Part shown: one piece after another, positions 1 to 9,878 of the stretch
How the letters are laid out: every line of letters starts with the position of its first letter
Position numbering within the stretch: the first letter of the stretch is position 1
Virus record (IMG/VR): IMGVR_UViG_3300037046_000004
Location: 1-58,589 of that record
Length of the DNA stretch: 58,589 nt
Direction: 5' to 3' (one strand)
Source of the DNA: a virus
Lineage: Duplodnaviria > Caudoviricetes
Made by a program: the position numbers and the translations under genes
The notes under the pieces: generated by a model
Database searches by the model: none
What the model was told of the DNA's origin: nothing
The model's input: the letters and a program-made list of their open reading frames with translations, nothing else

Positions 1-127
1 CCGTCCTTCACTGATGATTATTGATGACCCCGAAGGCGATGATGCCGCGTATTCGTCAGCCCGGCGGGAAAGCGTGTGGGATTGGGCAACCAAAGGAGTG
101 TTCAAGGCTGGTGACCGTTCCCCAGAA
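1..127. repeat. Terminal direct repeat, copy 1 (assembly overlap of a circular contig)
   Basis: 1-127 is identical to 58463-58589; the TerL reading frame continues across the junction. Confidence 0.95.
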
Positions 128-1051
128 GTGGGAACGAACATCATCATGGGCGGCACGATGGTTCACCGTGAATGTCTGGTGGGGCGTTGCGCGAACCTGC
201 CGGGCTGGGAAACCATGCTGTTCAAGTCCATAGAGTCTTGGCCTGTTCGTATGGACCTGTGGGATGAATGGGAACGCATCCTTCGCCGCAACCCAGCCAC
301 GGCGGAAATACACGCGTGGGATTTCTACCAGACACACAAGACGGAAATGGACCGTGGGGCGCGTGTGCTGTGGCCTGAAAACGAATCCTTGTATGACCTG
401 ATGATGATTCGCGCCACGGAAGGCACGCCAGCCTTTGAGTCAGAAAAACAGAACAACCCGGTTGACCCCAGCCGTTGCGAATGGCCACCGGATTACTTCA
501 AGGATGTGTGGTTTGACGATTGGCCTGATGACTGTGAAGCCGTGGTGACAGCGCTTGACCCCAGCAAGGGCAAGGAAGCGAAGGCGGGCGATTATCAAGC
601 CGTGGTCACCGCTGGTGTGAAGGGGCGGTTCATTTACGTTGACGCTGACATCAGGCGGCAAAGCGTCTTGGACATGATGGGAACTTTCCTTGACCATTGC
701 ACCACCTTCAAGTCAGACGTGGGCGTGGTTGAAGACGTGCAGTTTCAAGAACTGATTGTTCCGATGTGCGAAGACGAAGCGATTGCCCGCAAGCTGTTGG
801 TTCCGCTTGAAGGGCTGTCCACCGGGAACAAGCCGAAGCTTCGCCGCATCCGGCGGCTTGGTCCATACGTCAACCGTGGGCGGTTCAAGTTCCGCCGTGG
901 TTCCCCCGGTGCCGCGTTGCTGGTGCAACAGATGATGGACGTTCCCACGGGGGAATTCGATGACGGACCGGACGCGCTGGAAATGGCTATCCGAAGGCTT
1001 GCGTTGTTGCTGAACGGCGGCGATAATGACGGAAGTGACAACCCGTTCTAG
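1..1051 (+). CDS. terL: Terminase large subunit, C-terminal part (Walker B and nuclease domain)
   Basis: IIDDPE, GT coupling motif, LWPE, EKQNNP, ALDPS...GDYQA, DDGPDALE; lies upstream of the portal. Confidence 0.92.
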   Translation, partial: RPSLMIIDDPEGDDAAYSSARRESVWDWATKGVFKAGDRSPEVGTNIIMGGTMVHRECLVGRCANLPGWETMLFKSIESWPVRMDLWDEWERILRRNPATAEIHAWDFYQTHKTEMDRGARVLWPENESLYDLMMIRATEGTPAFESEKQNNPVDPSRCEWPPDYFKDVWFDDWPDDCEAVVTALDPSKGKEAKAGDYQAVVTAGVKGRFIYVDADIRRQSVLDMMGTFLDHCTTFKSDVGVVEDVQFQELIVPMCEDEAIARKLLVPLEGLSTGNKPKLRRIRRLGPYVNRGRFKFRRGSPGAALLVQQMMDVPTGEFDDGPDALEMAIRRLALLLNGGDNDGSDNPF

Positions 1052-1062
1052 GGGGCGTGTGC

Positions 1063-1317
1063 ATGAAAGCGCTGATTGTGGCGGAATCCATTTTCGGGAT
1101 AGCACTGATTGGGGCGTTCGTGACACTGGCTGTGTTCGGTGGCATCCACCTGTTCAGCACGGGCAACGCGGCGGGCTACACCCAGCGGCGGGAAGTCATC
1201 AGCGAAGCCTTCCCAGACATGCCGCCGGAAACGGTTGACTTCTGTGCCCGGTCCATGACGGACAGCCAAGCCGCACAAGCGGTGTGGGTCCAATACGGCA
1301 AGCTAAACGTGAAGTGA
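1063..1317 (+). CDS. Small membrane protein, hypothetical
   Basis: Hydrophobic N-terminal segment; fills the gap between terL and portal. Confidence 0.6.
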   Translation: MKALIVAESIFGIALIGAFVTLAVFGGIHLFSTGNAAGYTQRREVISEAFPDMPPETVDFCARSMTDSQAAQAVWVQYGKLNVK

Positions 1318-1343
1318 AGGCAACCAAGAAGGAGTGAACACAC

Positions 1344-3164
1344 ATGGCTTCCCTTGACCCCAAGGTGGTGATGCGAAGCGCTTCGGGTGCGAAGAAGACC
1401 CAGTTGATTGATATTCGTCACCCGGAGTGGTCAACCAACGTGAACAAGTGGAAGGAATGGCGGTTGGTGTACGAAGGGGGTGACGAATTCGTAAACGAAT
1501 ACACCCGGCGATACAGCAAGCGCGAACCCAAGGCGGAATTTGATGAACGCGTCAAGCTGACCTACAACCCCGGTGACGCAACCACGGTCATCAATGAAGT
1601 GCGGAACAAGATGATTGCCAAGCTTCCCGATGTGAACCGCACCGGGGATGCCATGTACGTTGACGCCATGAAGGAAGACGTTGACCTTTACGGTTCGTCC
1701 ATGAACAGCTTCATGGGGCTTCAGGTGTTGCCGTTGCTGTTGGCACAACAGAAGCGCTTCATTGCCGTGGATGCCCCGCCCACCATCAGCCGGGGCATTC
1801 CGGTGACCAAGGCGGATGACGCGGGCAAGCCTTACCTGTACGCGGTTGGGGCTGAAGAAGTTCTGTCTTGGGCGTATCGTGATGACGGCGTGTTGGCATC
1901 CGTCTTGTTCCTGACCACGCAAGACGTGACGGACCCGGACACGGGACTGTTGATGGGCGTGGTTCCGTGCTTCCGTTTCATGCGGTTGTTGGAAGCCGGG
2001 GAAACATACGCGGGCGTTACGGGTCCGGGTGTTGCCGTGCGCGTGCTGGACAACAGAAACAAGGACATACAGGAACCCACGCTTTTGAAGTTGTCACGCA
2101 TCCCGCTGGTAGAAGTGCGGTTGGTTGATTCCATGTTGCGGACCATTTCCCGAATGGCGATTGGTCTGTTGAACCTGTCCAGTTCTGACATGGCGTTCTT
2201 GTTCAAGGGCAACTTCCCAATCTATACCGAACAGTTTGACCCCACGGTGGGCACCATCAAGCCGCGTGCGTCAGCGGTTGAACGTCGTGACAGGCCAGTG
2301 AATCAGCCCGCACCCGTGGACGAAGCACAGACGCGGCACAGCAATGACGATGAACTTCCTGTGGGCGTCAACAAGGGCATCCGATACCGCAAGGGCACGG
2401 AACGCCCCGGATTCATCGGACCCGCACCCAGCAACCTTCAGGTCAGCATGGAGAAACAGCGCGGCATCAGCGAAAACATCCGCTTGCTTGCAACGCTGGC
2501 GCTGGCATCCATGTCCACGAAGGCACTGGAACAGTCAGGCAAGTCAAAGGAACTGGACAGGGATTCACTGGAAGCCGGGCTTGCCTACATCGGCAGCGAA
2601 CTTCAGACCGCTGAACGTGGTGTTGCGTTGTTGTGGCATGAATTCTTGGGGATGCCGAACGCTGACTATGCGGTGAACTACCCCACGAACTGGCGCGTGC
2701 TGTCCACGGACGAACGCCTTGAACTGGCGGGCAAGTGGAAGACCATCAAGGGGGCTGTCCGTTCGGAAACGTATCAGAAGGAAATTGAAAAGCTGGTTGC
2801 TGATGTGGTCATCAGACCGAACGTGGACGATGAAACCATGCGGAAGGTCAACCAAGAAGTGGATGACGCTGAATGGTTTGACGACAGCCCGGAACGTGCG
2901 GAACAGTTGGGCAAGGATGTGACCAACCAAATCCTTGACACCGAGAAAGCGGCGGAACTTCGCGGCTTCGGTGCTGAAACGGCGCGGGCAGTCAAGGACG
3001 GTGAAGAAGACTTGGCTGAAGCGCTGTCCAAGGGGGCGTTGCCCACGGTGGCACAGAACCTACCGAACACCACGCCGATGAAGCCGCAAGACGCGGAAGC
3101 CGAAGACGAAGCTGAAGGGGTTCCCCCAGCCGGGGCGGTGGGGGGCGGTGAAGCGGCGGGGTAA
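1344..3164 (+). CDS. Portal protein
   Basis: 606 aa after terL; HPEW...W..VYEGG..F...Y N-terminus and QSGKSKELD motif typical of phage portals; AAGGAG RBS. Confidence 0.82.
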   Translation: MASLDPKVVMRSASGAKKTQLIDIRHPEWSTNVNKWKEWRLVYEGGDEFVNEYTRRYSKREPKAEFDERVKLTYNPGDATTVINEVRNKMIAKLPDVNRTGDAMYVDAMKEDVDLYGSSMNSFMGLQVLPLLLAQQKRFIAVDAPPTISRGIPVTKADDAGKPYLYAVGAEEVLSWAYRDDGVLASVLFLTTQDVTDPDTGLLMGVVPCFRFMRLLEAGETYAGVTGPGVAVRVLDNRNKDIQEPTLLKLSRIPLVEVRLVDSMLRTISRMAIGLLNLSSSDMAFLFKGNFPIYTEQFDPTVGTIKPRASAVERRDRPVNQPAPVDEAQTRHSNDDELPVGVNKGIRYRKGTERPGFIGPAPSNLQVSMEKQRGISENIRLLATLALASMSTKALEQSGKSKELDRDSLEAGLAYIGSELQTAERGVALLWHEFLGMPNADYAVNYPTNWRVLSTDERLELAGKWKTIKGAVRSETYQKEIEKLVADVVIRPNVDDETMRKVNQEVDDAEWFDDSPERAEQLGKDVTNQILDTEKAAELRGFGAETARAVKDGEEDLAEALSKGALPTVAQNLPNTTPMKPQDAEAEDEAEGVPPAGAVGGGEAAG

Positions 3165-3167
3165 GAC

Positions 3168-3392
3168 ATGGCACCGGGCGAATACGTGACCGTGACCGGC
3201 GGGGGGTATGGTGGGGGCTGTGTGTGTGGTGGCGGGTGCCGGGATGACTACCCGCCGGAAGCCCCGTGGAAGCCCCCGCCCACACGCACAGGGGTACGCT
3301 GGCGGGCGTTCGCGGGGGCGGGAAGGTCAGCACAGCCAAGACCCATCCCGCGTTCAATGGCGTGGCTGGGATTGCTGGCTTGCCGGGGGTAG
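3168..3392 (+). CDS. Small Gly/Cys-rich hypothetical peptide
   Basis: ATG 3 nt after the portal stop; contains GGGYGGGCVCGGGC. Confidence 0.4.
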   Translation: MAPGEYVTVTGGGYGGGCVCGGGCRDDYPPEAPWKPPPTRTGVRWRAFAGAGRSAQPRPIPRSMAWLGLLACRG

Positions 3393-3394
3393 TC

Positions 3395-3529
3395 ATGGGG
3401 TTCTTCTTGGAAGGTTACGGGTGCCGCCGGTTGACGTGGAAGGCAATGGCACGGTGGCAGCGGAAGGCGTGGCACCGGGAGAATGACCGAAGGCGTTCGT
3501 GTGGTCTTCCCCAGTTGCCCAAGCCGTAG
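3395..3529 (+). CDS. Small basic hypothetical protein
   Basis: ATG after GGGGG RBS-like run; 44 aa; abuts the next gene. Confidence 0.4.
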   Translation: MGFFLEGYGCRRLTWKAMARWQRKAWHRENDRRRSCGLPQLPKP

Positions 3530-3538
3530 GGGTCATCC

Positions 3539-4231
3539 GTGCGAATCGTCACGTTGACAAACGCGGCTTATACCGGCTATGTCCTGAACTGGCTGGAAAG
3601 TATGCGGCGGGCTGGGATGTTGCGCGAACAGGTGACCGTGTATTGTACTGACGATGAATCCACCAAGGCGTTGTCTGGACACGTCAACACCGAACGGTTC
3701 ACGGACGTGGGCGGATTGTCCACCGGGTTCCTGACGTGGGGGTCCGCACCGTGGAAGGTGTTCATGTGGTCCAAGCTGGAATTGATTACGCGGCTTCTTC
3801 AAGCCGGGGAACCCGTGTTCTTCAGTGACCCGGATGTGTTCTTTCATCGTGACCCGCGTGCGTGGTTTGACGTGAAGGGTGTGGACGTGGTGGCACAACA
3901 GCATCTTGAACGCGGGTATTCGTTCATGTGTGATGGGTTCTATTGCGCGTATCCAACCGAAGCCACACGCCGGTTGTTCAAGCCTTCGCGTGACGAATTC
4001 GGAAAGTGGTGCAACCAAGAAGAATTGCTGAACGCCCGGCTGGTGACCGAAGGCGTGAAGTGGCTGGGGCTGCCCACCAATCTGTTCCCTGATGGTTCCT
4101 TCGGTCCATCAACGGAAGGCTGGTGTTGCAAGTCAGGTGAACGGTACGTCACACACTTCAACTGTTACAACGGCGCGGAAAAGCTGGCGAAGATGAAGGC
4201 TTCCGGCTGTTGGGTTGTGGGGGAACCATGA
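3539..4231 (+). CDS. Nucleotide-diphospho-sugar transferase (GT77/PF03407-like glycosyltransferase), copy 1
   Basis: TN..Y...VLNW, W.K, DxD (FSDPDVFF.RDP), C.GFY, NQE.LLN, LP..LFPDG, THFN...G..K..KM...G.W. Confidence 0.8.
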   Translation: MRIVTLTNAAYTGYVLNWLESMRRAGMLREQVTVYCTDDESTKALSGHVNTERFTDVGGLSTGFLTWGSAPWKVFMWSKLELITRLLQAGEPVFFSDPDVFFHRDPRAWFDVKGVDVVAQQHLERGYSFMCDGFYCAYPTEATRRLFKPSRDEFGKWCNQEELLNARLVTEGVKWLGLPTNLFPDGSFGPSTEGWCCKSGERYVTHFNCYNGAEKLAKMKASGCWVVGEP

Positions 4232-4995
4232 ACATCATTCACAACGCGTACCGGTTGCTTGTCTTCAAGGTGGGTGACACCCGGTGGTGTGGGTGGAAAC
4301 ACTTCCCGTTTATCGTGACGTGGGATGCGGTGACTCCACGCGTGACGGGTGACGAAATGGCGAACGTGGAACGCATCATCAAGCGCGGTGACGTGTTGCT
4401 GATGACGGCGGACGGGTACGCGTCCAATCTGGGGATTGGTGGCGGGCTGATACACGCGGCTTTGGTGGTGGACGATGCCGGGCACATCGTGGAAGCGCTG
4501 TCAGACGATGAAGGGGGCGTGGTCAAGCGGCACGTGCTGGACAGCATCCGGCACGCTGACCGGCTGGTGATTGTCCGCCCGGACTTGCACCCGCTGGAAG
4601 TTGACGCGGGCATCAATGAAGCGCTGACGCTGGCGGGCTTGCGCTATGACATCTACTTTTCGTTTGACATCCAAGAAGAACGCGAAGCGCTGAAGAAGGG
4701 TGACCGTGCTTCGGTCCGTGTCTGTTGCACGGAAGTTCCATATTTCGCGTATTACAATCACGTGGTTCACCTTGGACTGTACCGTCAGGTCAAGAAGACG
4801 TTCCTTCAAGGCGTGCTTCGGTTGCTGGGGCTGGTGGTTGGGGAAAAGGTCTTGACCGCTGATGACATTCTTGCCGCCGAAGGCATGAAGCTGGTGTGGT
4901 TATCCAGCGGGGCAACCCCGGCATGGTTTGCCACCAAGACCACGAACGAACGGTTGCTTCAGAAGGTCATGGGCTTCTACCGAACCAAGCGCTAG
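4228..4995 (+). CDS. Permuted papain-like NlpC/P60 (YiiX/YebB-type) amidase/peptidase
   Basis: RGDVLL, His in HAALV...VEA preceding G.RYD..F and Cys in CCTEV (permuted catalytic order). Confidence 0.78.
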   Translation: MNIIHNAYRLLVFKVGDTRWCGWKHFPFIVTWDAVTPRVTGDEMANVERIIKRGDVLLMTADGYASNLGIGGGLIHAALVVDDAGHIVEALSDDEGGVVKRHVLDSIRHADRLVIVRPDLHPLEVDAGINEALTLAGLRYDIYFSFDIQEEREALKKGDRASVRVCCTEVPYFAYYNHVVHLGLYRQVKKTFLQGVLRLLGLVVGEKVLTADDILAAEGMKLVWLSSGATPAWFATKTTNERLLQKVMGFYRTKR

Positions 4996-5003
4996 GGGGA
5001 ATT

Positions 5004-5300
5004 GTGGCAAAGCTGACGGTGTATGAACGCACTGGTGGGGGCAAGGCTTATCTGTTCCATTGCCCCGGTTGCCGAAGCACCCACGTGTTCTATGTGGGCT
5101 GTCCGGGTATGCCGTCTTGGACGTTTGACGGTAACATGGACAAGCCCACGTTTTCACCTTCACTGTTGTGCAACCACACCACGCCGGGGAAGCGTTGTCA
5201 TCTGTTCCTTCGTGAAGGCGTCATCCAATTTCTTTCAGACTGCGAACATGACCATTCCGGCAAGACCATTCCGCTTGATGACAATGGCTTGGGGGATTGA
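5004..5300 (+). CDS. Zn-binding protein (DUF6527-like)
   Basis: HCPGC...H, WTFDGN.DKPTFSPSLL, CHLFLREG.IQFLSDC.H. Confidence 0.7.
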   Translation: MAKLTVYERTGGGKAYLFHCPGCRSTHVFYVGCPGMPSWTFDGNMDKPTFSPSLLCNHTTPGKRCHLFLREGVIQFLSDCEHDHSGKTIPLDDNGLGD

Positions 5301-6013
5301 TGCGTTACGTGACCGTGACAAACCGGGGCTATGCCGCGTATGTGCTGAACTGGCTGGTGTCAGTTCGCCGCGTGGGCATCAGCGTCAAGGATTGCCGGGT
5401 TTACTGCACGGACCACGAAGCCGCCGCGTTGCTGTCTTACACTGGCGTTGATTTGGAGTTGGTGCCCGGCAACCCCGGTGACTTCGCACGTGAACCCGGC
5501 TTTTGGATGAATGATGACTTCCGTTCCATGTGTTGGGCGAAGGTGGTTTGTCAGTGGAAAGAACTTCAGCGGGGTCAGCCGTTCGTGTACTCTGACGTTG
5601 ACTTGGTGTTTCATGCAAACCCAAGCCTGTACCTGAACGGTGTCAGCGGGATTGACGTTGCGGCACAGGTTTCCGTTGAACCTGCCGGGCGGTTCAGGTT
5701 GTGCGGCGGGTTCCTGTACCTGTTGCCCACGGAGAACACACAGCGGTTGCTTCGGTACACGGAAGCTGACCGGGACACGTTCAAGAATGACGAAGTGTTG
5801 TTGAACAAACGTCTTGATGCTGACATGTCCATCCGATGGTTCGCGCTTCCGGCGGACAGGTTCCCCGATGGAAGCTACGGCGGAACATCTGAAGCGCGTG
5901 ACCGATACGTGACGCACTTCAACCACATCAAGGGAACAACGGCGAAGTGGCGTAAGATGGTAACGCTGGGGCAATGGTTTGTTGATGCCGTTCCTGAAGG
6001 GTGTGTGAAATGA
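5300..6013 (+). CDS. Nucleotide-diphospho-sugar transferase (GT77/PF03407-like), copy 2
   Basis: Paralog of 3539..4231: TNRGY..YVLNW, YSDVDLVFH, CGGF, NDEVLLN, FPDGSYG, RYVTHFN. Confidence 0.8.
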   Translation: MRYVTVTNRGYAAYVLNWLVSVRRVGISVKDCRVYCTDHEAAALLSYTGVDLELVPGNPGDFAREPGFWMNDDFRSMCWAKVVCQWKELQRGQPFVYSDVDLVFHANPSLYLNGVSGIDVAAQVSVEPAGRFRLCGGFLYLLPTENTQRLLRYTEADRDTFKNDEVLLNKRLDADMSIRWFALPADRFPDGSYGGTSEARDRYVTHFNHIKGTTAKWRKMVTLGQWFVDAVPEGCVK

Positions 6014-9000
6014 GTACGTTCACGGACATGGTGCTTGCCCGGCGGAAACGGTCTTGGGCACTGGAAGCCAAGGCATCCGCCAGCATCACGCGTGCGTTGT
6101 CCAGCGTGGCGACAGAAGCCAAGCGTCAGCTTGCCCGGATGGATGCGGGCTTTGCACCTGACGGGCATTTTCTGGACACGGCACAGGCGCGGCGTGCAGC
6201 GCAAGCGGCGATTGACGATGTAAAGGACACCATCAAAAGCGCGACAGCCAAGAGCGGGTTGATTCTGTCAGGGGTGAATGAAACCGCGTTCAATCAATCG
6301 CTTCTTGACGTGAACTACGCGATTGAAACCGCCACCGGGTTGAACGCTGACATGGGGGCTTCATTCAACCAAATCTTCCAACAGGCAGCGTATCAGGCAC
6401 GGACGCGGGAAGTGATGGACGTGTCACCCATCCGGGCGTTCACGGGTACGGGCGCGTGGATGGAAGACCGCTACCGTGAAACCTTCATGGAAGCCGTGGT
6501 CAACGGTGAATCCGTTCAAGCCACGTCAAACAAGTTGCGGAAAATCAGCGGCATCACGGACCGGGCAGCGCAACGCATCACACGCACGAATGTTCAAGCG
6601 GCATTCAATGACGCACACCGGCTTGTGTACGAATCGAATGATGACCTGTTTGACGGGTTCATCTGGGTGTCAACGCTGGACGAACTGACAAGCCAGATAT
6701 GCGCGGCACTTGACGGCAAGTTCTTCCCGCTGGGGTCAAGCCCGCCCGGACCCCCGGCACATCCCAACTGCCGGTCTGTGCTGGTGGGTCATTTCCGTGA
6801 CCCGGACTTGCAAGCTGAACAGGAAAACGATGAACGGCGGGCGCGGCAGTTCACCCCGGAAGGTGACCGGTATCAGCCTGACAGCGGGGCGCTGGTGGGC
6901 ACCGAACTAATTCCAGCGGACACCACGTATGATGAATGGTTGATGCAGCAACCCCCAGCCGTGACCCGGCAGGTTACCGGAAGCCGGTTGCGTGATGAAT
7001 TCTGGCGCAACGGAACGCTTCAGCTTGAAGAACTTATCAACCCAGCAATGGAACCGCTGACGGATACGCAAGCCGTGCGGCGGGTGGCGTCCAAGTTCCC
7101 GGCGAACGCACACTATCAGGAACTTGCCAAGAAGTACGGCGTGACCCCGGTGGACTGGAAGACCATCCTGAAGGAAGACCGGGCGTTGATTCGGTCAAGC
7201 CCGCACACCCAGCCCAAGACGCTGAAGCCCAAGAAGAAACCGAAGCCGCCCGGACCCCAGCCATTGACGGAAACAGAGAAGGTTAAGATTAGCATTGAAT
7301 CCGCCCCGGAGAAAGCCAAGGCTGATGACATCGTACAGTCAGGCAAGGACGCAAGCGCGGCACGCATTGAAGAAACCGTTCCAGACATTCCAGACGCGTA
7401 CAAGTTTGGGCTGTCTGATGATTCTGCCCAAGAAGCAATGGCGCAAGTCATGGCGAACAAAGAAAAGAATCAGGTGGTGCAAGCAATCTTGAAGGGTGAA
7501 GACCCAAAGGATGCCGCGTACCGTATCGGGAAACAGTACGGACGTAAGTACACAGCCGCCGAAGTTGAAGAAATGAAACGGACAGCGCTGTCACTTCAGT
7601 ACCGGGCGCAAACGGAAACGCTGAAGATAAACGAAGCCCACTACATCAAGCGGATGGATGAAGCGGAACTGAAGACCAAGTTCGCCAAGGGGTCACAGGT
7701 CCAGCTTGACGCATTGACGGACGTGTACGAATCTGAACAGACTGCCGCGTATAACATGCAAGGACGGTTGACCATTCCGAAGGCTGGCGAAGCTGAAGTT
7801 CACATTGAATTCTATGACAAGAACAACAAACTGGTGGGGGCGAAAGCGTACAGTGAACGCTACCTTGCACGCGGCAGCCGATGGGAAGTCACGGATGTGG
7901 TGGAAGGCAAGTCAAAGATGGGGGATACCCGGTACACGGTCAAGATGCGTCAGCTTGATGACGTGAAGCCGCCGTGGTATTCAATGGACGAATTTGCCAA
8001 GGAAGAACAAGACTACCTGCGAATGATGGGGTTAGACAAGACCGGCATCACGCGTGCTGAATACAACGCCATGAAGAAGGAATTTGATGACTTGATTTTG
8101 TGGCGCGGGGAAATGAACAAGGTTCCACCGCCACCCATGCCGCTGAACCCCGGTGACATTTGGCGTGACAACATGACAAACCCGAACCTGTTGGGCACGC
8201 GGTTCATGGAAGCCGGGTCACGCAACATGGAAATGGAATATGCCGCCCGGTCCAAGTTGGCAATGTATCGGGCGCAAAAGGAAATGGACGCGCTGGGACT
8301 GACTACTGACTTCATTGTGAACAACCCAGAACTGGCAGCGCAACGCATCATTCAAGAAATGGCGCGGCTGAACAAGTCAGCGGACCAACTGGACATCATT
8401 GACCTTCTGGTGGACAAAGCGCGTAAAGGAATCGGACACGCCACGTCTTTCTATTCCCCAGAAGGAAAGTTCGGCGGCGATTTGGAAGCGGCATTGTCGG
8501 TGTTCCGCAAGCACCTTGAAACCATGCCAGCCAATCAGCTTTCAACCAAGTCCGTTCAGTCACTTCGGTGGACCGGTAAGCACGGGGTGCGGTCCGGGTG
8601 GTCACCGTCAGCGAATGCGATTGAAGTAAATAGCAGCACGGAAGGACGTGAATTAATCCATGAGTTCAACCACCCGTTTGAAGTTCACAACAACTTCGGT
8701 GGGTTGAGTGCCGGGCAGCGTGACAGTTACTTTTCAGGGACGCCGTTCAATGAGTGGGAAATCCGTGAAATGAACACGGGTGAATACACCATGAACGCGG
8801 GGAAGATTTGGAGTGACTACACGGCACGGTCTTACAGCACCATGATTGAAGCGAACGAATACACGGAGATAATGACCAAGGTTGGCGATTCCTTACACAT
8901 CATCGGACAGAACATCCACGTGCCGAAGGAATACCGTGATGACGCGTTGAAGATGTTCCGGCGGAACCCGGAGTTGCTTCGGTTCTATTGGGCACTTCTA

Positions 9001-9018
9001 AGGAACATGGCACGATGA
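6010..9018 (+). CDS. Minor head protein (SPP1 gp7/Mu gpF family) with long C-terminal extension
   Basis: A.RI.RT, WVSTLD..TS.ICA.LDG, PPAHPNCRS, TY.EWL..Q; extension has an ART-like segment and HEFNH (HExxH). Confidence 0.88.
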   Translation: MSTFTDMVLARRKRSWALEAKASASITRALSSVATEAKRQLARMDAGFAPDGHFLDTAQARRAAQAAIDDVKDTIKSATAKSGLILSGVNETAFNQSLLDVNYAIETATGLNADMGASFNQIFQQAAYQARTREVMDVSPIRAFTGTGAWMEDRYRETFMEAVVNGESVQATSNKLRKISGITDRAAQRITRTNVQAAFNDAHRLVYESNDDLFDGFIWVSTLDELTSQICAALDGKFFPLGSSPPGPPAHPNCRSVLVGHFRDPDLQAEQENDERRARQFTPEGDRYQPDSGALVGTELIPADTTYDEWLMQQPPAVTRQVTGSRLRDEFWRNGTLQLEELINPAMEPLTDTQAVRRVASKFPANAHYQELAKKYGVTPVDWKTILKEDRALIRSSPHTQPKTLKPKKKPKPPGPQPLTETEKVKISIESAPEKAKADDIVQSGKDASAARIEETVPDIPDAYKFGLSDDSAQEAMAQVMANKEKNQVVQAILKGEDPKDAAYRIGKQYGRKYTAAEVEEMKRTALSLQYRAQTETLKINEAHYIKRMDEAELKTKFAKGSQVQLDALTDVYESEQTAAYNMQGRLTIPKAGEAEVHIEFYDKNNKLVGAKAYSERYLARGSRWEVTDVVEGKSKMGDTRYTVKMRQLDDVKPPWYSMDEFAKEEQDYLRMMGLDKTGITRAEYNAMKKEFDDLILWRGEMNKVPPPPMPLNPGDIWRDNMTNPNLLGTRFMEAGSRNMEMEYAARSKLAMYRAQKEMDALGLTTDFIVNNPELAAQRIIQEMARLNKSADQLDIIDLLVDKARKGIGHATSFYSPEGKFGGDLEAALSVFRKHLETMPANQLSTKSVQSLRWTGKHGVRSGWSPSANAIEVNSSTEGRELIHEFNHPFEVHNNFGGLSAGQRDSYFSGTPFNEWEIREMNTGEYTMNAGKIWSDYTARSYSTMIEANEYTEIMTKVGDSLHIIGQNIHVPKEYRDDALKMFRRNPELLRFYWALLRNMAR

Positions 9019-9371
9019 AACCCTACGTTGCCCCACCTTGGCCGAAGACCGGTCAGCGCTTGGTCATTGACCTGAAGATGCCTGACGGCACCCCCGGAAG
9101 TGTCACGTATTTGCTTACCAGTAACACCTTGAACGGGAAGGTGGAAGCGGTTAATATTCCAGTAGATGGAATCCGCCGGGAGTTTACCCGCCAGTTGACG
9201 GCGGGGGTCTTACACATCCTTGGTGGGTCATACCCAACCGGACCGGCTGAAGGGTACTTGGAGTGTGTCACGGAAGCGCTGTTCAAGTTGCGGAAGCGCT
9301 GGCCGAAGTTCCAAGTGACTTCCCGAATCCCAAGGGTGCAAGACCGTGACCCAAAGGGGATGATACACTAA
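9015..9371 (+). CDS. Hypothetical protein (candidate immunity protein for the MuF extension)
   Basis: ATGA overlap with the MuF stop; 118 aa; function inferred only from position. Confidence 0.5.
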   Translation: MKPYVAPPWPKTGQRLVIDLKMPDGTPGSVTYLLTSNTLNGKVEAVNIPVDGIRREFTRQLTAGVLHILGGSYPTGPAEGYLECVTEALFKLRKRWPKFQVTSRIPRVQDRDPKGMIH

Positions 9372-9838
9372 TGCCTACGCTTCCAACCGTTCCCTACGCT
9401 GACACCACCTATGCCGCCGCGTACATGGCTGAACGCCTTGGAACCACGGCGTGGGATTCCGCGTCATCCGGCGACAAAGACAAAGCGCTGAAGCACGGCA
9501 CCCGGATGATTGACACCCTTGCCTTTGCCGGGGAAAAGAATGACGTTGCCCAAGCCCGTGAATTCCCCCGGTGCGGTGACGCTGACATTCCCGAAGCGGT
9601 CAAAGACGCGTGTTGTGAAGTGGCGCTTGCGTTGTTGGCTGGCAAGCTGTTGGAGAACACCGAAGAACGCGGCAACATCACATCCGAATCAATCGGTGAC
9701 GTGTCCGCCAGTTACGGCGAAGGTGGTGCCGGTGGCGTGACGGCGAACCATGCCGGTCTTCCCAGCGCGGAAGCGTACCGGTTGCTTGCCCCGTGGTTGA
9801 TTGATGAACGGCGGATTCACTTGGACCGTGCCGGGTGA
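9371..9838 (+). CDS. Head-tail adaptor (DnaT-like phage family)
   Basis: YA....A.AY, W, D.DKAL..GTR.ID, Q.REFPR, IPEAVK.ACCE.AL, SESIGDVS.SY, LL.PWL. Confidence 0.75.
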   Translation: MPTLPTVPYADTTYAAAYMAERLGTTAWDSASSGDKDKALKHGTRMIDTLAFAGEKNDVAQAREFPRCGDADIPEAVKDACCEVALALLAGKLLENTEERGNITSESIGDVSASYGEGGAGGVTANHAGLPSAEAYRLLAPWLIDERRIHLDRAG

Positions 9839-9878
9839 ACGCTGCCGTGTAACTGGAAGCACGGAAGGAGTAGGCACA

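Noticed and set aside
1-127. Biological terminal repeat
   Set aside because: The 127-bp repeat falls inside terL and matches a typical assembler k-mer, so it is best read as a circular assembly overlap
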